DNA of 64,000 bases from a virus: IMG/VR virus record IMGVR_UViG_3300037704_000085, positions 1 to 64,000 of that record; one strand, written 5' to 3'. Both the position numbers and the translations under genes were made by a program. The notes under the pieces are model-generated. The model searched no databases and was not told the DNA's origin. It worked only from the letters and a program-made list of their open reading frames with translations. Below, piece after piece: positions 26,250-35,432 of the stretch (position 1 is the first letter of the stretch; each line of letters begins with the position of its first letter).

Positions 26250-26476
26250 GCAAGTGGAGCCCCAAGGACCAAGCCAAGCTGCAAGAGCTTCAGCAGCGCA
26301 AGGCCGAGCATGATGCGATCAACTTGAAGCGGCTGGTCGCCGTGGTTGAGTGCTTCGGCTGCATCGGCAACACCACAACGCCGGAAGAGGTTGCGGAGGT
26401 TCTGATTGCCAATGCCGACGCCGTTCGCGACGCGCTGGCCCCCTACGATAGCGGCGTACGGGTTGAAGCAGCATGA
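26246..26476 (+). CDS. Hypothetical protein
   Basis: AAGGAG RBS. Confidence 0.7.
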   Translation: MSKWSPKDQAKLQELQQRKAEHDAINLKRLVAVVECFGCIGNTTTPEEVAEVLIANADAVRDALAPYDSGVRVEAA

Positions 26477-27228
26477 GCGGGCATATCGAGGGGCCATTGA
26501 CCGTTGCCGAAAGCTACGACAACGACGGATGTACCGAGACCGTGCTTCGCGGACTGGACGGCCGCGCGGCGGTCGCCGTGGTGCTGGACTTCGGGCCGAA
26601 CAATCCGGGCATGCGCGAGGCCAATGCGCGCCGGCTGGTGGCGTGTTGGAAAGCGATGATCGGCGTTCCGACCGAATGGCTCGAAAGCTTTGCCATATCG
26701 AATGCCGAGAACGAGGCGCAAGAAAACGCGCGGCTTGTCGTGCAAAACGCAACCCTGATCCGGGCGCTAAAGGACATCAGCGAAAAGACGTTTGACGCCG
26801 GGTTTCACGTCGGCGGACCGGCCGAGTATTGCAACTTGAACAAAGACGCGGAAGGCATGAAGGCGCTGCTGACTCGCGCCTGCTGCTATCTGCAAGACAT
26901 CAGCGGAATCGCCGGCAAGGCCATCGTCATCAATGCGAGGAAACAAACCAACGACGTGCAGGCGGTCATTCAGCAGCGCGACGACCTGCTGGCAGCAATG
27001 GAGGATATTGCCAGCCAGATGCGCAAGGCCGGCGCAAGCGTTCCAGCCCCGGAAAACAAAGGGACCATCGAAAGCGCGATGGCTACCGGATTGAGCCTTG
27101 GCCTGCTGCTGGTTCAAGACGCTATTGCCAGCGCCAGAAAAGCGTATGGAATGTGCTACTACGCCCCGGACGGCACGCTGATGAACCCGGACGGTACGCG
27201 CAGCATCTTTGACGACGTAGACCAATGA
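26473..27228 (+). CDS. Modular hypothetical protein (EANARRLVACW; QRDDLLAA)
   Basis: ATGA overlap; common phage modules. Confidence 0.75.
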   Translation: MSGHIEGPLTVAESYDNDGCTETVLRGLDGRAAVAVVLDFGPNNPGMREANARRLVACWKAMIGVPTEWLESFAISNAENEAQENARLVVQNATLIRALKDISEKTFDAGFHVGGPAEYCNLNKDAEGMKALLTRACCYLQDISGIAGKAIVINARKQTNDVQAVIQQRDDLLAAMEDIASQMRKAGASVPAPENKGTIESAMATGLSLGLLLVQDAIASARKAYGMCYYAPDGTLMNPDGTRSIFDDVDQ

Positions 27229-27407
27229 GCCCAGAAACCGCCCGCTGCTTTGCCCTGATCGTCGCGGCACAAGCGCGCATCGCTGGCATGTCGGCAGAAA
27301 ACCAACTGGCCGCAGCCGTGGGCAATTCACCGCCCTACGGCGAGGCCGCTTTTAACAACGAGGCCGGCCACATGGAACAGATTGCCCAACAGGTGATCAA
27401 CCAATGA
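27225..27407 (+). CDS. Hypothetical protein
   Basis: Coupled on both sides. Confidence 0.65.
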   Translation: MSPETARCFALIVAAQARIAGMSAENQLAAAVGNSPPYGEAAFNNEAGHMEQIAQQVINQ

Positions 27408-27775
27408 GCCGCGCCGAGTGGGTAGAGCGCCACCTGAAGCGCACGCTGACCGAGTTTCAGCGCAGCGCCGTCGAACTGATCTGCGAGGCGCAGCGTTGTG
27501 GGCCGTATGACTTCACCCAAACCTTTGATCACGCCGATTGGGAGTATGGTATCGGCGTGCGCTTCCTGATCGGCCCGAAGTGCCTGTCGACATGGGATAG
27601 CAACGGTCTGACCAATCTCGTCATCGGCGCGCACGACCGCTGTATCAGGGTCGAAATCGAGCCCTGCAACTTCTCGCGAATCGCGGTCATCATGCACCCG
27701 CGAGAGCGCGACAAGCCATCCATGTGTCAGCGCCATCCGACCATCGAGCAGGCGATTGAAATCTACCGATCATGA
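27404..27775 (+). CDS. Hypothetical phage protein
   Basis: LSTWD...LT.LV..AHDRCIRVEI. Confidence 0.75.
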   Translation: MSRAEWVERHLKRTLTEFQRSAVELICEAQRCGPYDFTQTFDHADWEYGIGVRFLIGPKCLSTWDSNGLTNLVIGAHDRCIRVEIEPCNFSRIAVIMHPRERDKPSMCQRHPTIEQAIEIYRS

Positions 27776-27972
27776 GCGAGATTATTTTGGCCGGGCATGT
27801 CTTCGAACAGCGCGACTTGATCGAACGGGCGCTGCGCAACTTGCGGCGCAGTCGCGGCAGTCGTTCAAAAGAACGCTGGGTCGCCGTGATGGAGACTTTT
27901 GCCGTGGGTAGCACCGTAGCGCACGCGCTTTGTCATGAGTTCAACTTGGACCCGGAGGAAAAAATCAAATGA
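27772..27972 (+). CDS. Hypothetical protein
   Basis: RWVAVMETFAVGST.A..LC. Confidence 0.7.
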   Translation: MSEIILAGHVFEQRDLIERALRNLRRSRGSRSKERWVAVMETFAVGSTVAHALCHEFNLDPEEKIK

Positions 27973-28364
27973 ACCAGAACACCCCACCAATGCGGATATT
28001 TGGCATGCGCGTCTTCGCCAATCCGCTGCTTGATCCCAAGCCGAAGGTCGCGTTTTCGCCGGCCTGTCCGGCGTCCGACCAGTGCCGCGCAGAGTTCAAC
28101 GCGTGGGCGCTGAAGCTGTTCGGCATGACGGAAGCGCAGTGCATCGTCAGCAAACCTCTGAACGCAGTTTTCTGCGGGGCATCGATCTACGAGAAGCTGA
28201 AGGAAGCGACGCAGACCAGCGGCACGGCGACGACGGCTGAGACAAAAGCGCCGAGCGTCAAGGACATCGAACGGTCGGTGAAAGAACTGCGGGCACTGCG
28301 CGCCAAGAGCAACATCGTCGCCAACGATCCGGGCGACTATAGCCCGTTCATTCGCCCATATTGA
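27969..28364 (+). CDS. Hypothetical protein
   Basis: GGAGG RBS; last gene of early block. Confidence 0.7.
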   Translation: MNQNTPPMRIFGMRVFANPLLDPKPKVAFSPACPASDQCRAEFNAWALKLFGMTEAQCIVSKPLNAVFCGASIYEKLKEATQTSGTATTAETKAPSVKDIERSVKELRALRAKSNIVANDPGDYSPFIRPY

Positions 28365-28370
28365 CCTGAT

Positions 28371-28412
28371 CGGAAAGCAACCCAGAAGCCCATGCCCGGA
28401 CGCCCCTATGAT
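28371..28412 (+). promoter_or_regulatory. Putative late promoter of main structural operon
   Basis: CGGAAAGC 28371 and TATGAT 28407 (+36). Confidence 0.7.
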
Positions 28413-28438
28413 GCAAGCTGTGCAATTTGGGGCGCGGC

Positions 28439-30037
28439 ATGGCAAAAGATCAACAATCAGCGGGCTTGTGGCAGAAAGCCAAGGCATGGCTCGCCGGTAA
28501 CGACAAGGCCGGAGAAATCAGGGAATTGGACGCTGGTTTCGAAGGCGTGTCCGTGTCCATGCTGCTGGGCAGCGGCAAGCGCTCCTCTAGGTCCCGCGCG
28601 TTCCTGTACGAGAACTACCACTACATGGCCGGCGACGGGATTATCTCGTCGGCGATCCGCCTGCACGTCACGCAAGCGCTGGGCGGGCACGAAACGACCG
28701 GCGACGTGGTGTTCATCGAGCCGGTGGCCGAGGATGCGACCGGCGAGCCGAAACGCATTGTCGAAGAGCTTCAAAGAGACCTTGGCCCGCTGTTCAACCG
28801 CGTGGCCTACCCGACCGCCTTCAATGGTGCGACCTTCGGAGACGCCTACGCGCGCATTTATGCCAAGGACAAATTCGGCGTGGTCGATCTGTGTTGCGAC
28901 GAAATGGTCTATCCGCCACTGGTGCAACCATTCGAACAAGGCAACCGCACGGTCGGCTACACCATCAGCACCGGCACCAAATTCACCGAGAAGCTGAGCG
29001 TCAAGCAGATGGCGCGCATGAAGATGCCGCGCATGCTTTACGTCGCGCAAAACCGTGTGATCGAAAAGTCGATGCGCATCGCCATTCAAGAGGATGACAT
29101 CGACAAGTTGCCGATCCTGCCGGCGCTGGTCGGTGGTTCCTTCCTTGATGCGGCCGAAGAGTCTTATTACAACCTGATTTCCGCCCTGACCGGACTGGTC
29201 GGCCAGCGCGTGTTGAACTCCATTGACGAATCGATGATCGGCGTCAACATGGAGTCGATGACGGTCGAGCAGCGCAAGGAGTTCATGGGCTCGCTGAAGG
29301 CCATGCTGACCAACAGCAAGGCCCGCGCCGAAAAGGCCGTCAAGGACGGCAAGCCGGTCCTTGAGCGCCTGTATCACATCATGCCGACGTTCAACGAAAA
29401 GCAGATGACGCGGATCGAAGGCTTCCAAGGCGGGTCCGGCGGCGCGAACATTAGCATTGACGACGTGATGCTGCACGCCAAGATGCTGGCCGGCGCGCTG
29501 GGTATCGACCTGTCAATGCTGGGCTTCTCCGACATCCTCTCCGGCGGCTTGGGTGATGGCGGTTTCTTCCGCGTGTCGGCGCAAGCGGCCGAGCGCAGCC
29601 GGATCATCCGCAACGCGCTCTCCAAGTTCTTTGATGACGTGATCGACATTCACACGTTGAACAAATACGGATTCGTGTTCGCCGATGGCGAGCGGCCGTA
29701 CAAGGTTAATTTCTACGGCTCGATTTCGGCACTCGAAACCGAGAAGCAGCACACCAAAGAAACGGCGACGAACACCGCCATGGCGCTGGTCACGGTGCTG
29801 ACGCAACTGCGCGACTTGGGTATGAAGCCGGAAGCGAACGAGCATATTTTTTCGAAAGTCATGCAGATGGACAAGGACGCCGCCAAGCTGCTGGCCGAAG
29901 GGATCAAGAACGCCAAGCCGCCGGGCAACGAGGACGGCATGGGCGGCTTCGGCGGCGGCGCACCGGGGCAACCCGGCGGCATTCCGCCGTTAGAAGACAC
30001 GGGCGACGAACCGCCCGACAATCGCGTACTGCAATAA
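28439..30037 (+). CDS. prt: Portal protein (P1 Prt-like)
   Basis: 532 aa; ALGGHETTGDVVFI, GGLGDGGFFRVSAQAAERS; adjacent to protease-like gene. Confidence 0.75.
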   Translation: MAKDQQSAGLWQKAKAWLAGNDKAGEIRELDAGFEGVSVSMLLGSGKRSSRSRAFLYENYHYMAGDGIISSAIRLHVTQALGGHETTGDVVFIEPVAEDATGEPKRIVEELQRDLGPLFNRVAYPTAFNGATFGDAYARIYAKDKFGVVDLCCDEMVYPPLVQPFEQGNRTVGYTISTGTKFTEKLSVKQMARMKMPRMLYVAQNRVIEKSMRIAIQEDDIDKLPILPALVGGSFLDAAEESYYNLISALTGLVGQRVLNSIDESMIGVNMESMTVEQRKEFMGSLKAMLTNSKARAEKAVKDGKPVLERLYHIMPTFNEKQMTRIEGFQGGSGGANISIDDVMLHAKMLAGALGIDLSMLGFSDILSGGLGDGGFFRVSAQAAERSRIIRNALSKFFDDVIDIHTLNKYGFVFADGERPYKVNFYGSISALETEKQHTKETATNTAMALVTVLTQLRDLGMKPEANEHIFSKVMQMDKDAAKLLAEGIKNAKPPGNEDGMGGFGGGAPGQPGGIPPLEDTGDEPPDNRVLQ

Positions 30038-30046
30038 GGATTGACG

Positions 30047-30922
30047 ATGGCAACCACGACCAAACGCATTAGCTTCAACGTCACGAACCGCCACCGGAAG
30101 TTTCGCGGCCAGAACCGCAACTTCGACACGGCCGCGCTCGCGGCGCTGATCAACGGCGGCGAGACACAGGAAAAGGTCAAGCACCGCGACATGCTGGGCT
30201 ACTTCGGTCACTGGCCGCGCGTGCGCTTCGGCATGAACCCCGGCGAGGGCGCGATTCTCGACGGCAAGCACGTTTCGATTGAGCCGGCGATTGTGACGAC
30301 GCACCTGAAGGCGTTGCCGGATGGCACCATCGAACACGAAACCGAGTTTCTCGATACCGCGTCCGGCCGGCTGGCTGAGCGCCTGTACCTGTCGAATGCC
30401 GGCGGCTTCAGTTCGGCCATCGACACCCGCAAGTGCGGCGACAAGCAGGTGCCGTTGGGCTTCTACGGCTTCGACTACGTGTTGGAGCCGAACTTCACCA
30501 AGAATCGCGGCTATGACGTGGCGCTCGACGGCGTTCAGGACGAGGCGATGCTAATGATGCTGGACGACGTGGCCGAGTATCGCGGCATGTTCGACGCCAT
30601 CAACGGCCTGTACGACTCGCTGCAAGGGGCCTACGACCTGCAAAGCGCGGCGATGCAGCGCGTGGTCGAAGAAAACGAAACCCTCATGTCGATGCTCGCC
30701 AAGCAGGGGCGCTCGCCGCATGCGCTGGCGCTCGACGGGATCGAGGCCGAAGCCTTCGGCGGCGGCGAAAGCCGCGTGCTGCGCGTATCGGATCGGTTCA
30801 TGGCGACCGACATCAAGGACTTGCCGGGGTTTCAGGCGCTCGATTCGGTGGCCGAGGAAGAGCGCAAGGCCGAAGAAAAGGCCAAGCCGACTGACAACCT
30901 GCTGCACCGCATGTTTCGCTAA
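30047..30922 (+). CDS. Prohead/head-processing protease (P1 Pro-like)
   Basis: GYFGHWPR, GGFSSA, GFDYVLEPNF; follows portal. Confidence 0.7.
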   Translation: MATTTKRISFNVTNRHRKFRGQNRNFDTAALAALINGGETQEKVKHRDMLGYFGHWPRVRFGMNPGEGAILDGKHVSIEPAIVTTHLKALPDGTIEHETEFLDTASGRLAERLYLSNAGGFSSAIDTRKCGDKQVPLGFYGFDYVLEPNFTKNRGYDVALDGVQDEAMLMMLDDVAEYRGMFDAINGLYDSLQGAYDLQSAAMQRVVEENETLMSMLAKQGRSPHALALDGIEAEAFGGGESRVLRVSDRFMATDIKDLPGFQALDSVAEEERKAEEKAKPTDNLLHRMFR

Positions 30923-30925
30923 GCC

Positions 30926-33127
30926 ATGGCCGCGCTGAAGCACGACAAGGACGGCTTCCTGCAAGGGGAGCCGGTTGCCATTGAATCGCAGAACTTCGCC
31001 AAGGCGCTCGAAGTCTGGTCGTCCATCAAGAGCGACACGGCGGCGATTCGCGCCGCGCTGACTGGCAGCAAAGAGGGGACGAAGACCGCAGCGACGCCGA
31101 CGCCGAGGATCACGCTCGCCCCGGTCATTGCCTTCCCGGTGAGGAACGCAAGGCCGGACGCCGAGCGCGCCGCGCCGCAATTGGCCGAGCGCCGTGAAGT
31201 GGTGCGCGCCGCCCGCGCGCCGCAGCCGCGAGACAGTCTCGGCCGCTTCGTGGTCGCGCCATCGCAGCCGGTGATCAACGCCGGCAGTCGGTTTGCGACG
31301 CCGGTCCCGGTCGATGCGGTCGGCGATGGCGCTGTTCCGGTTGCTGTTCCGGTTGCTGCGCCAGTTGTGCCGCAGGATGTGATGACGGGCGCGGTGCCGG
31401 TTGCGATTCCGGTCCCGGCCAACAAAACCAAGCGCGAAGTCCAGAACCGCGAGCGCGGCAGCGACGGCCGGTTCGCAGGCGACCCCAAGGACGAAGGCTC
31501 CAGCCGCGTTGGCGGTGACGGTCCATTGGGTCGGGCGGCAGACGCGATCAGCAACGCGGCCGGCGAACTGCGCGGCCTGACCGATGGCACCGAACAGATT
31601 GACCCGGCAATTGCAGCAACCAAGGAAGTCGGCGATATCGTCAAGCCGGCGATCACGGCCGCGAGTTCGGTGGCGAAGAGCGTTTTCGGTTTCTTCGGCA
31701 AGAAAGACGACCCCGCCGCCGAGGCCATCGAAAAGACCATTCCTTGGCACAAGCGCATTTTTAAGGTACTGCGCAGCATTGAGACCGCCAGCAACGCCGA
31801 TGTAGGCGGCGGCGGTGGTTTGCTGGCGATGATTTTCGGCGGGCTGATGGCGGCGATTGGCTCCGGCGTCGCGGCGGTCAAGTCGTTGCCGCTGATGATC
31901 GGCCGCATGGTCGGCGGCTTCGGCGGCTTCCTGAAGGTGTTGGGCTGGGCCGGCAAGGTCATCGGCAAGCTGGCGCTGCCGGCGATGATGATCTATTCGG
32001 CATTCAAGTCGCTTTTCACGTCGACCGAAGAGTTCGCCAAGCGCATGGGCATGAATGCCGGCGAAGGCTTCTTCAAAGACTTGGCGATCCGCTTCATGGG
32101 GACGCTGGGCGATCTGGGTAACACGATCACCTTCGGGCTGGCCGGCAAGTTCGGCGAGGCCATCGCGCCGGCTGTGGCGTCGATGGTGGAGGGCATCGTC
32201 AATGCGTGGAACGGCGCGCTCGACGGCATGGCGGCAGTCTGGCAGGGCATCACCGATACGTGGAACTTCACTATTGACTGGTGGAAAGGCGCGTGGGATA
32301 GCTCGCTGGGCGCGGTCGTGGAAGTGGTCGATGCGGTCAAGAACTGGCTTTCGAACAAGGTCGGCGGTGCGAAGAAAGCCGTTAGCGAGACATGGAGCGC
32401 CGTCAAGGGCTCCGCGTCCGAGGCGTGGGACAAGGCCAAGAGTGCGGTCGGCAAGGTGCTGGAGACCGGGGCCGGGTACAACGTGGTGCAGCGCCCGGAT
32501 GGCACGGTGGAGCGGCAGGAAGGGGCGCGCAACTGGCGCAACAACAACCCCGGCAACATCGAGGCCGGCGACTTCGCAACCAAGATGGGCGCGGTCGGGA
32601 CCGATGGCCGGTTCGCGATCTTCCCCGATTACCAGACCGGGCGCAGCGCCAAGGAAAAGCTGATTTTCGAGGGCGGCAACTACAAGAACAAGACGCTGAC
32701 CGAGGCTATCGCGCGCTATGCTCCGGCCGGCGAGAACGATACCGGCCGCTATCAAAAAACCGTGCTGGGCGCGGTCGGCGGCGCGAACAAACCCATGGCG
32801 GAATACACGCCGCAGGAACGCGGCGCGATCATGGACGCCATGGAGCGCGTCGAGGGCTTCCAAGTCGGCAGAACTTCGGTGCTGTCGCGTATGTCATCGA
32901 CCGCCCCGTCGCTGGCCCTGCCGCGCCTGCCGCCCTTCAGCGCAACCGCCGCGCTCTCCGGTGCGGCGCGGCAAGTGCCAGCCGCCCCGGCAACGGCGAT
33001 GCCGCTGGCGTCGAATGCGGGAGCGCCCAACGTCAACGTCCGCCTCCCGCAAGAGCTTTCGCAGAACGTTTCGGACCGGGGCGTAGCGCATATCGCGACC
33101 GGCGGCATGGGCTATTTCAACAGGTGA
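30926..33127 (+). CDS. Tape-measure-like protein with C-terminal lysozyme-like domain (position of P1 Sit)
   Basis: Hydrophobic core, Trp-periodic 11-aa repeats, RNNNPGNI...IARYAP..ENDT..Y. Confidence 0.7.
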   Translation: MAALKHDKDGFLQGEPVAIESQNFAKALEVWSSIKSDTAAIRAALTGSKEGTKTAATPTPRITLAPVIAFPVRNARPDAERAAPQLAERREVVRAARAPQPRDSLGRFVVAPSQPVINAGSRFATPVPVDAVGDGAVPVAVPVAAPVVPQDVMTGAVPVAIPVPANKTKREVQNRERGSDGRFAGDPKDEGSSRVGGDGPLGRAADAISNAAGELRGLTDGTEQIDPAIAATKEVGDIVKPAITAASSVAKSVFGFFGKKDDPAAEAIEKTIPWHKRIFKVLRSIETASNADVGGGGGLLAMIFGGLMAAIGSGVAAVKSLPLMIGRMVGGFGGFLKVLGWAGKVIGKLALPAMMIYSAFKSLFTSTEEFAKRMGMNAGEGFFKDLAIRFMGTLGDLGNTITFGLAGKFGEAIAPAVASMVEGIVNAWNGALDGMAAVWQGITDTWNFTIDWWKGAWDSSLGAVVEVVDAVKNWLSNKVGGAKKAVSETWSAVKGSASEAWDKAKSAVGKVLETGAGYNVVQRPDGTVERQEGARNWRNNNPGNIEAGDFATKMGAVGTDGRFAIFPDYQTGRSAKEKLIFEGGNYKNKTLTEAIARYAPAGENDTGRYQKTVLGAVGGANKPMAEYTPQERGAIMDAMERVEGFQVGRTSVLSRMSSTAPSLALPRLPPFSATAALSGAARQVPAAPATAMPLASNAGAPNVNVRLPQELSQNVSDRGVAHIATGGMGYFNR
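31331..31357 (+). repeat. 12-bp coding tandem repeat (AVPV)
   Basis: GCTGTTCCGGTT x2 plus degenerate copies. Confidence 0.7.
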
Positions 33128-33131
33128 GGCA

Positions 33132-33437
33132 ATGCAGAACATCGTAACCGCGCAGGAAGTGCAAGGCATGGTCAGTCACTGGCTGGCAACGCCGGTCAAT
33201 GGCTACTTGGGGTCGAGCTACGGCAACGATCTGGCCGCGCTGTTGCAGCGCCCAATGAGCGCCGGGCTGGCCGATAACTTCCTGCAAAAGATGATTACCG
33301 ACATCCCGATTCTCGGCGCGTTGCCGGAAGGGTCGGTCAACATCTATCTGGTCGATAAGGCCGGGTACAACGACAAAAAAGAACTGACGCTGGAAATTCT
33401 TGGCGACTTGATTCCTCTCGGACTGGTGAATGCTTGA
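33132..33437 (+). CDS. Baseplate W/gp25-type protein (P1 PmgA-like)
   Basis: HWLATPVNGYLGSSYG; between tape measure and baseplate. Confidence 0.65.
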   Translation: MQNIVTAQEVQGMVSHWLATPVNGYLGSSYGNDLAALLQRPMSAGLADNFLQKMITDIPILGALPEGSVNIYLVDKAGYNDKKELTLEILGDLIPLGLVNA

Positions 33438-34843
33438 TGAAAACGAAGGCTGACTTTCAAAACGCTATCGCGGCGGCGATTTCGAACTACCCGACCGCCG
33501 CGCAGTTTTACCGCGCCAAAGACCCGCGCCTGCTGGCCCAGCTTGACGCGATGGCGACCATGCTTGCGATGCTGTCGCAGGAAATGGAAACGGCGGCGAT
33601 GGAGCCTTTCACCAAGGCGCGCGACACGACCGTTCTCGCCGACGCAGCGATCAAGGGCATCCTCCCCTTCGCGCGCCCGGTGCGTATTAAGGTGACCATC
33701 GACAACACCCGCGCCGAAGCGCTGAACGTGCCCGCAGGACGGCGCTTGCTGGATGCGCAGGGGCGTATCTACGTGGTCGATCAGGGCGCGGTCATTGCGG
33801 GGCTGGGCAGCGGCTTCGTGACGGCCGTTCAGAAGACCGAAGCCGCCTTTGAACATACGGTCTCGGCGTCGCAGCCGTTCTACGCCATCGACATCCCGCA
33901 ACCGGAAGGTGGCAAGTTCATCGCCGAGGTCAGGCTATCGATTGGCGGCGTACCGTTTGTCTTCGCCGAGGATTTCGTGAACGTGGCGATTGACGACAAG
34001 ACGTTCCATCTGGAAACCGACGAATACCGGACGCTGAAGATTGTTTTCGGCGCGGCCGAGATTGCGGGCTATCAGCCGGACGTGGGCGAAGTCGCCACGG
34101 TGACCGTGGTGGAGACCGAAGGGGCCTTCGAACTCGCGTCGGAAAGTCCTTTCTCGTTCGAGTATTCCTACTCGCTGTACGACTCCGGCGCGACGCTGAA
34201 ATTCGATTCGGTGCTGACCGTGGGCGCGTCGCCACTCGACATCGCGACGCTGCGCGAAATCACGAACTACCCGTCGGTCTACGACAGCAGCGCGGTTTAT
34301 CTCGGCAACTTCGACTTCCTGATCCGCCGGCAACTGTCGCCGCTGCGCTTCCTGTCGGTCTGGAACGAACAGACCGAGGAAAGCGTTCGCGGGGCCAACA
34401 TCGACAACATCAACCGGCTGTTTGTGTCGGCGCAGGCGGACGGCATCGTGCAAGGCACCTTGGAAACCAGCATCGCCAACATCATCAAGGCAGCAGACGA
34501 CTCCTACCGAATCACCTTCGTTACGCCCGTGGCGACGCAGATTGTCGTGGTGATCGACGCCGAGGTCTCTGCAATTTATGACTTTGCGGTAGTCGAGCAG
34601 CAGATTCGCGAAGTGGTCGCGGCAGAATACGGCCCCGATTCGCTGTTCGCCAAGCACGGCTCCAACCGCGTGCTTTACAAGCGGCTGTACGACATCATGA
34701 CGACGCAGGTCGAAGCACTGCAAGGTAATGGCAGCGACCTGTCGCTGACCATCACCGACCCCGGCGGCAGCATCCTGCCGGAGCAGTACCGCTACATCGC
34801 CGACGCCAGCCTGACCGTCAACATCACGCAAGCGACCTTCTGA
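33437..34843 (+). CDS. Baseplate wedge protein (P1 BplA/J-like)
   Basis: EPFTKARDTTVLADA; AVYLGNFDFLIR; LSVWNE; size and synteny. Confidence 0.7.
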   Translation: MKTKADFQNAIAAAISNYPTAAQFYRAKDPRLLAQLDAMATMLAMLSQEMETAAMEPFTKARDTTVLADAAIKGILPFARPVRIKVTIDNTRAEALNVPAGRRLLDAQGRIYVVDQGAVIAGLGSGFVTAVQKTEAAFEHTVSASQPFYAIDIPQPEGGKFIAEVRLSIGGVPFVFAEDFVNVAIDDKTFHLETDEYRTLKIVFGAAEIAGYQPDVGEVATVTVVETEGAFELASESPFSFEYSYSLYDSGATLKFDSVLTVGASPLDIATLREITNYPSVYDSSAVYLGNFDFLIRRQLSPLRFLSVWNEQTEESVRGANIDNINRLFVSAQADGIVQGTLETSIANIIKAADDSYRITFVTPVATQIVVVIDAEVSAIYDFAVVEQQIREVVAAEYGPDSLFAKHGSNRVLYKRLYDIMTTQVEALQGNGSDLSLTITDPGGSILPEQYRYIADASLTVNITQATF

Positions 34844-34844
34844 C

Positions 34845-35429
34845 ATGCTGACCGCCCTTGAGAATAGCCACTCGGCCACCGAGCTTGAGGAAGAGTTGCA
34901 GGCCCTGTTCATCGAAGTGTTTGACGACCTACTGAAGGCGCAGGCCGACGAACTGAACGTCTATGGCATGCCGCATTTGGGCTCAAGCAGCCTGATTGCC
35001 AAGAACCTCAAGGCCGATCAACTGACCATCTTGCAAGACGAGGAATACCGCGTTCGCCACCTGTTCAAAGCGTGGCGGCACCAGAACCCGGAACGGGGCC
35101 TGCATTTCTTGCGGACCTACCTGCAAACCCTGTGGGGGAATAGCTGGACCGTCGAGCAGCTTTGGCAGAAAAAAGCCGATCCGTACCCGACGAACCTGAA
35201 GGAAAAAAGCCAGATTTTGGAAAGCGATTATTTTCTGACATCGCGTCTGCGGGTAGATTTAGATGCTGCGGACATCGTTCCGGAAAACATCATCGTTTCA
35301 TTGAAAACGGCCGTCGCGGCGCGTTTCGTTTTGCAGCTTCGTATCGCCAAGTTTGCCCAAACCACTATTCGCTTGGGAACGGTGTTTAGCCAAGTGGCTT
35401 GCGTTATCCATACCGAATCAGGAGCCTGA
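34845..35429 (+). CDS. Baseplate protein (P1 gp16/I-like)
   Basis: RGLHFLRTYLQ.LW; FLTSRLRV; precedes tail fibre. Confidence 0.65.
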   Translation: MLTALENSHSATELEEELQALFIEVFDDLLKAQADELNVYGMPHLGSSSLIAKNLKADQLTILQDEEYRVRHLFKAWRHQNPERGLHFLRTYLQTLWGNSWTVEQLWQKKADPYPTNLKEKSQILESDYFLTSRLRVDLDAADIVPENIIVSLKTAVAARFVLQLRIAKFAQTTIRLGTVFSQVACVIHTESGA

Positions 35430-35432
35430 CCC

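Noticed and set aside
30551-32863. Long minus-strand ORFs (770 aa here; also 47044-48156, 61216-62586 and others)
   Set aside because: Antisense shadows of high-GC3 plus-strand genes; no RBS or recognisable motifs
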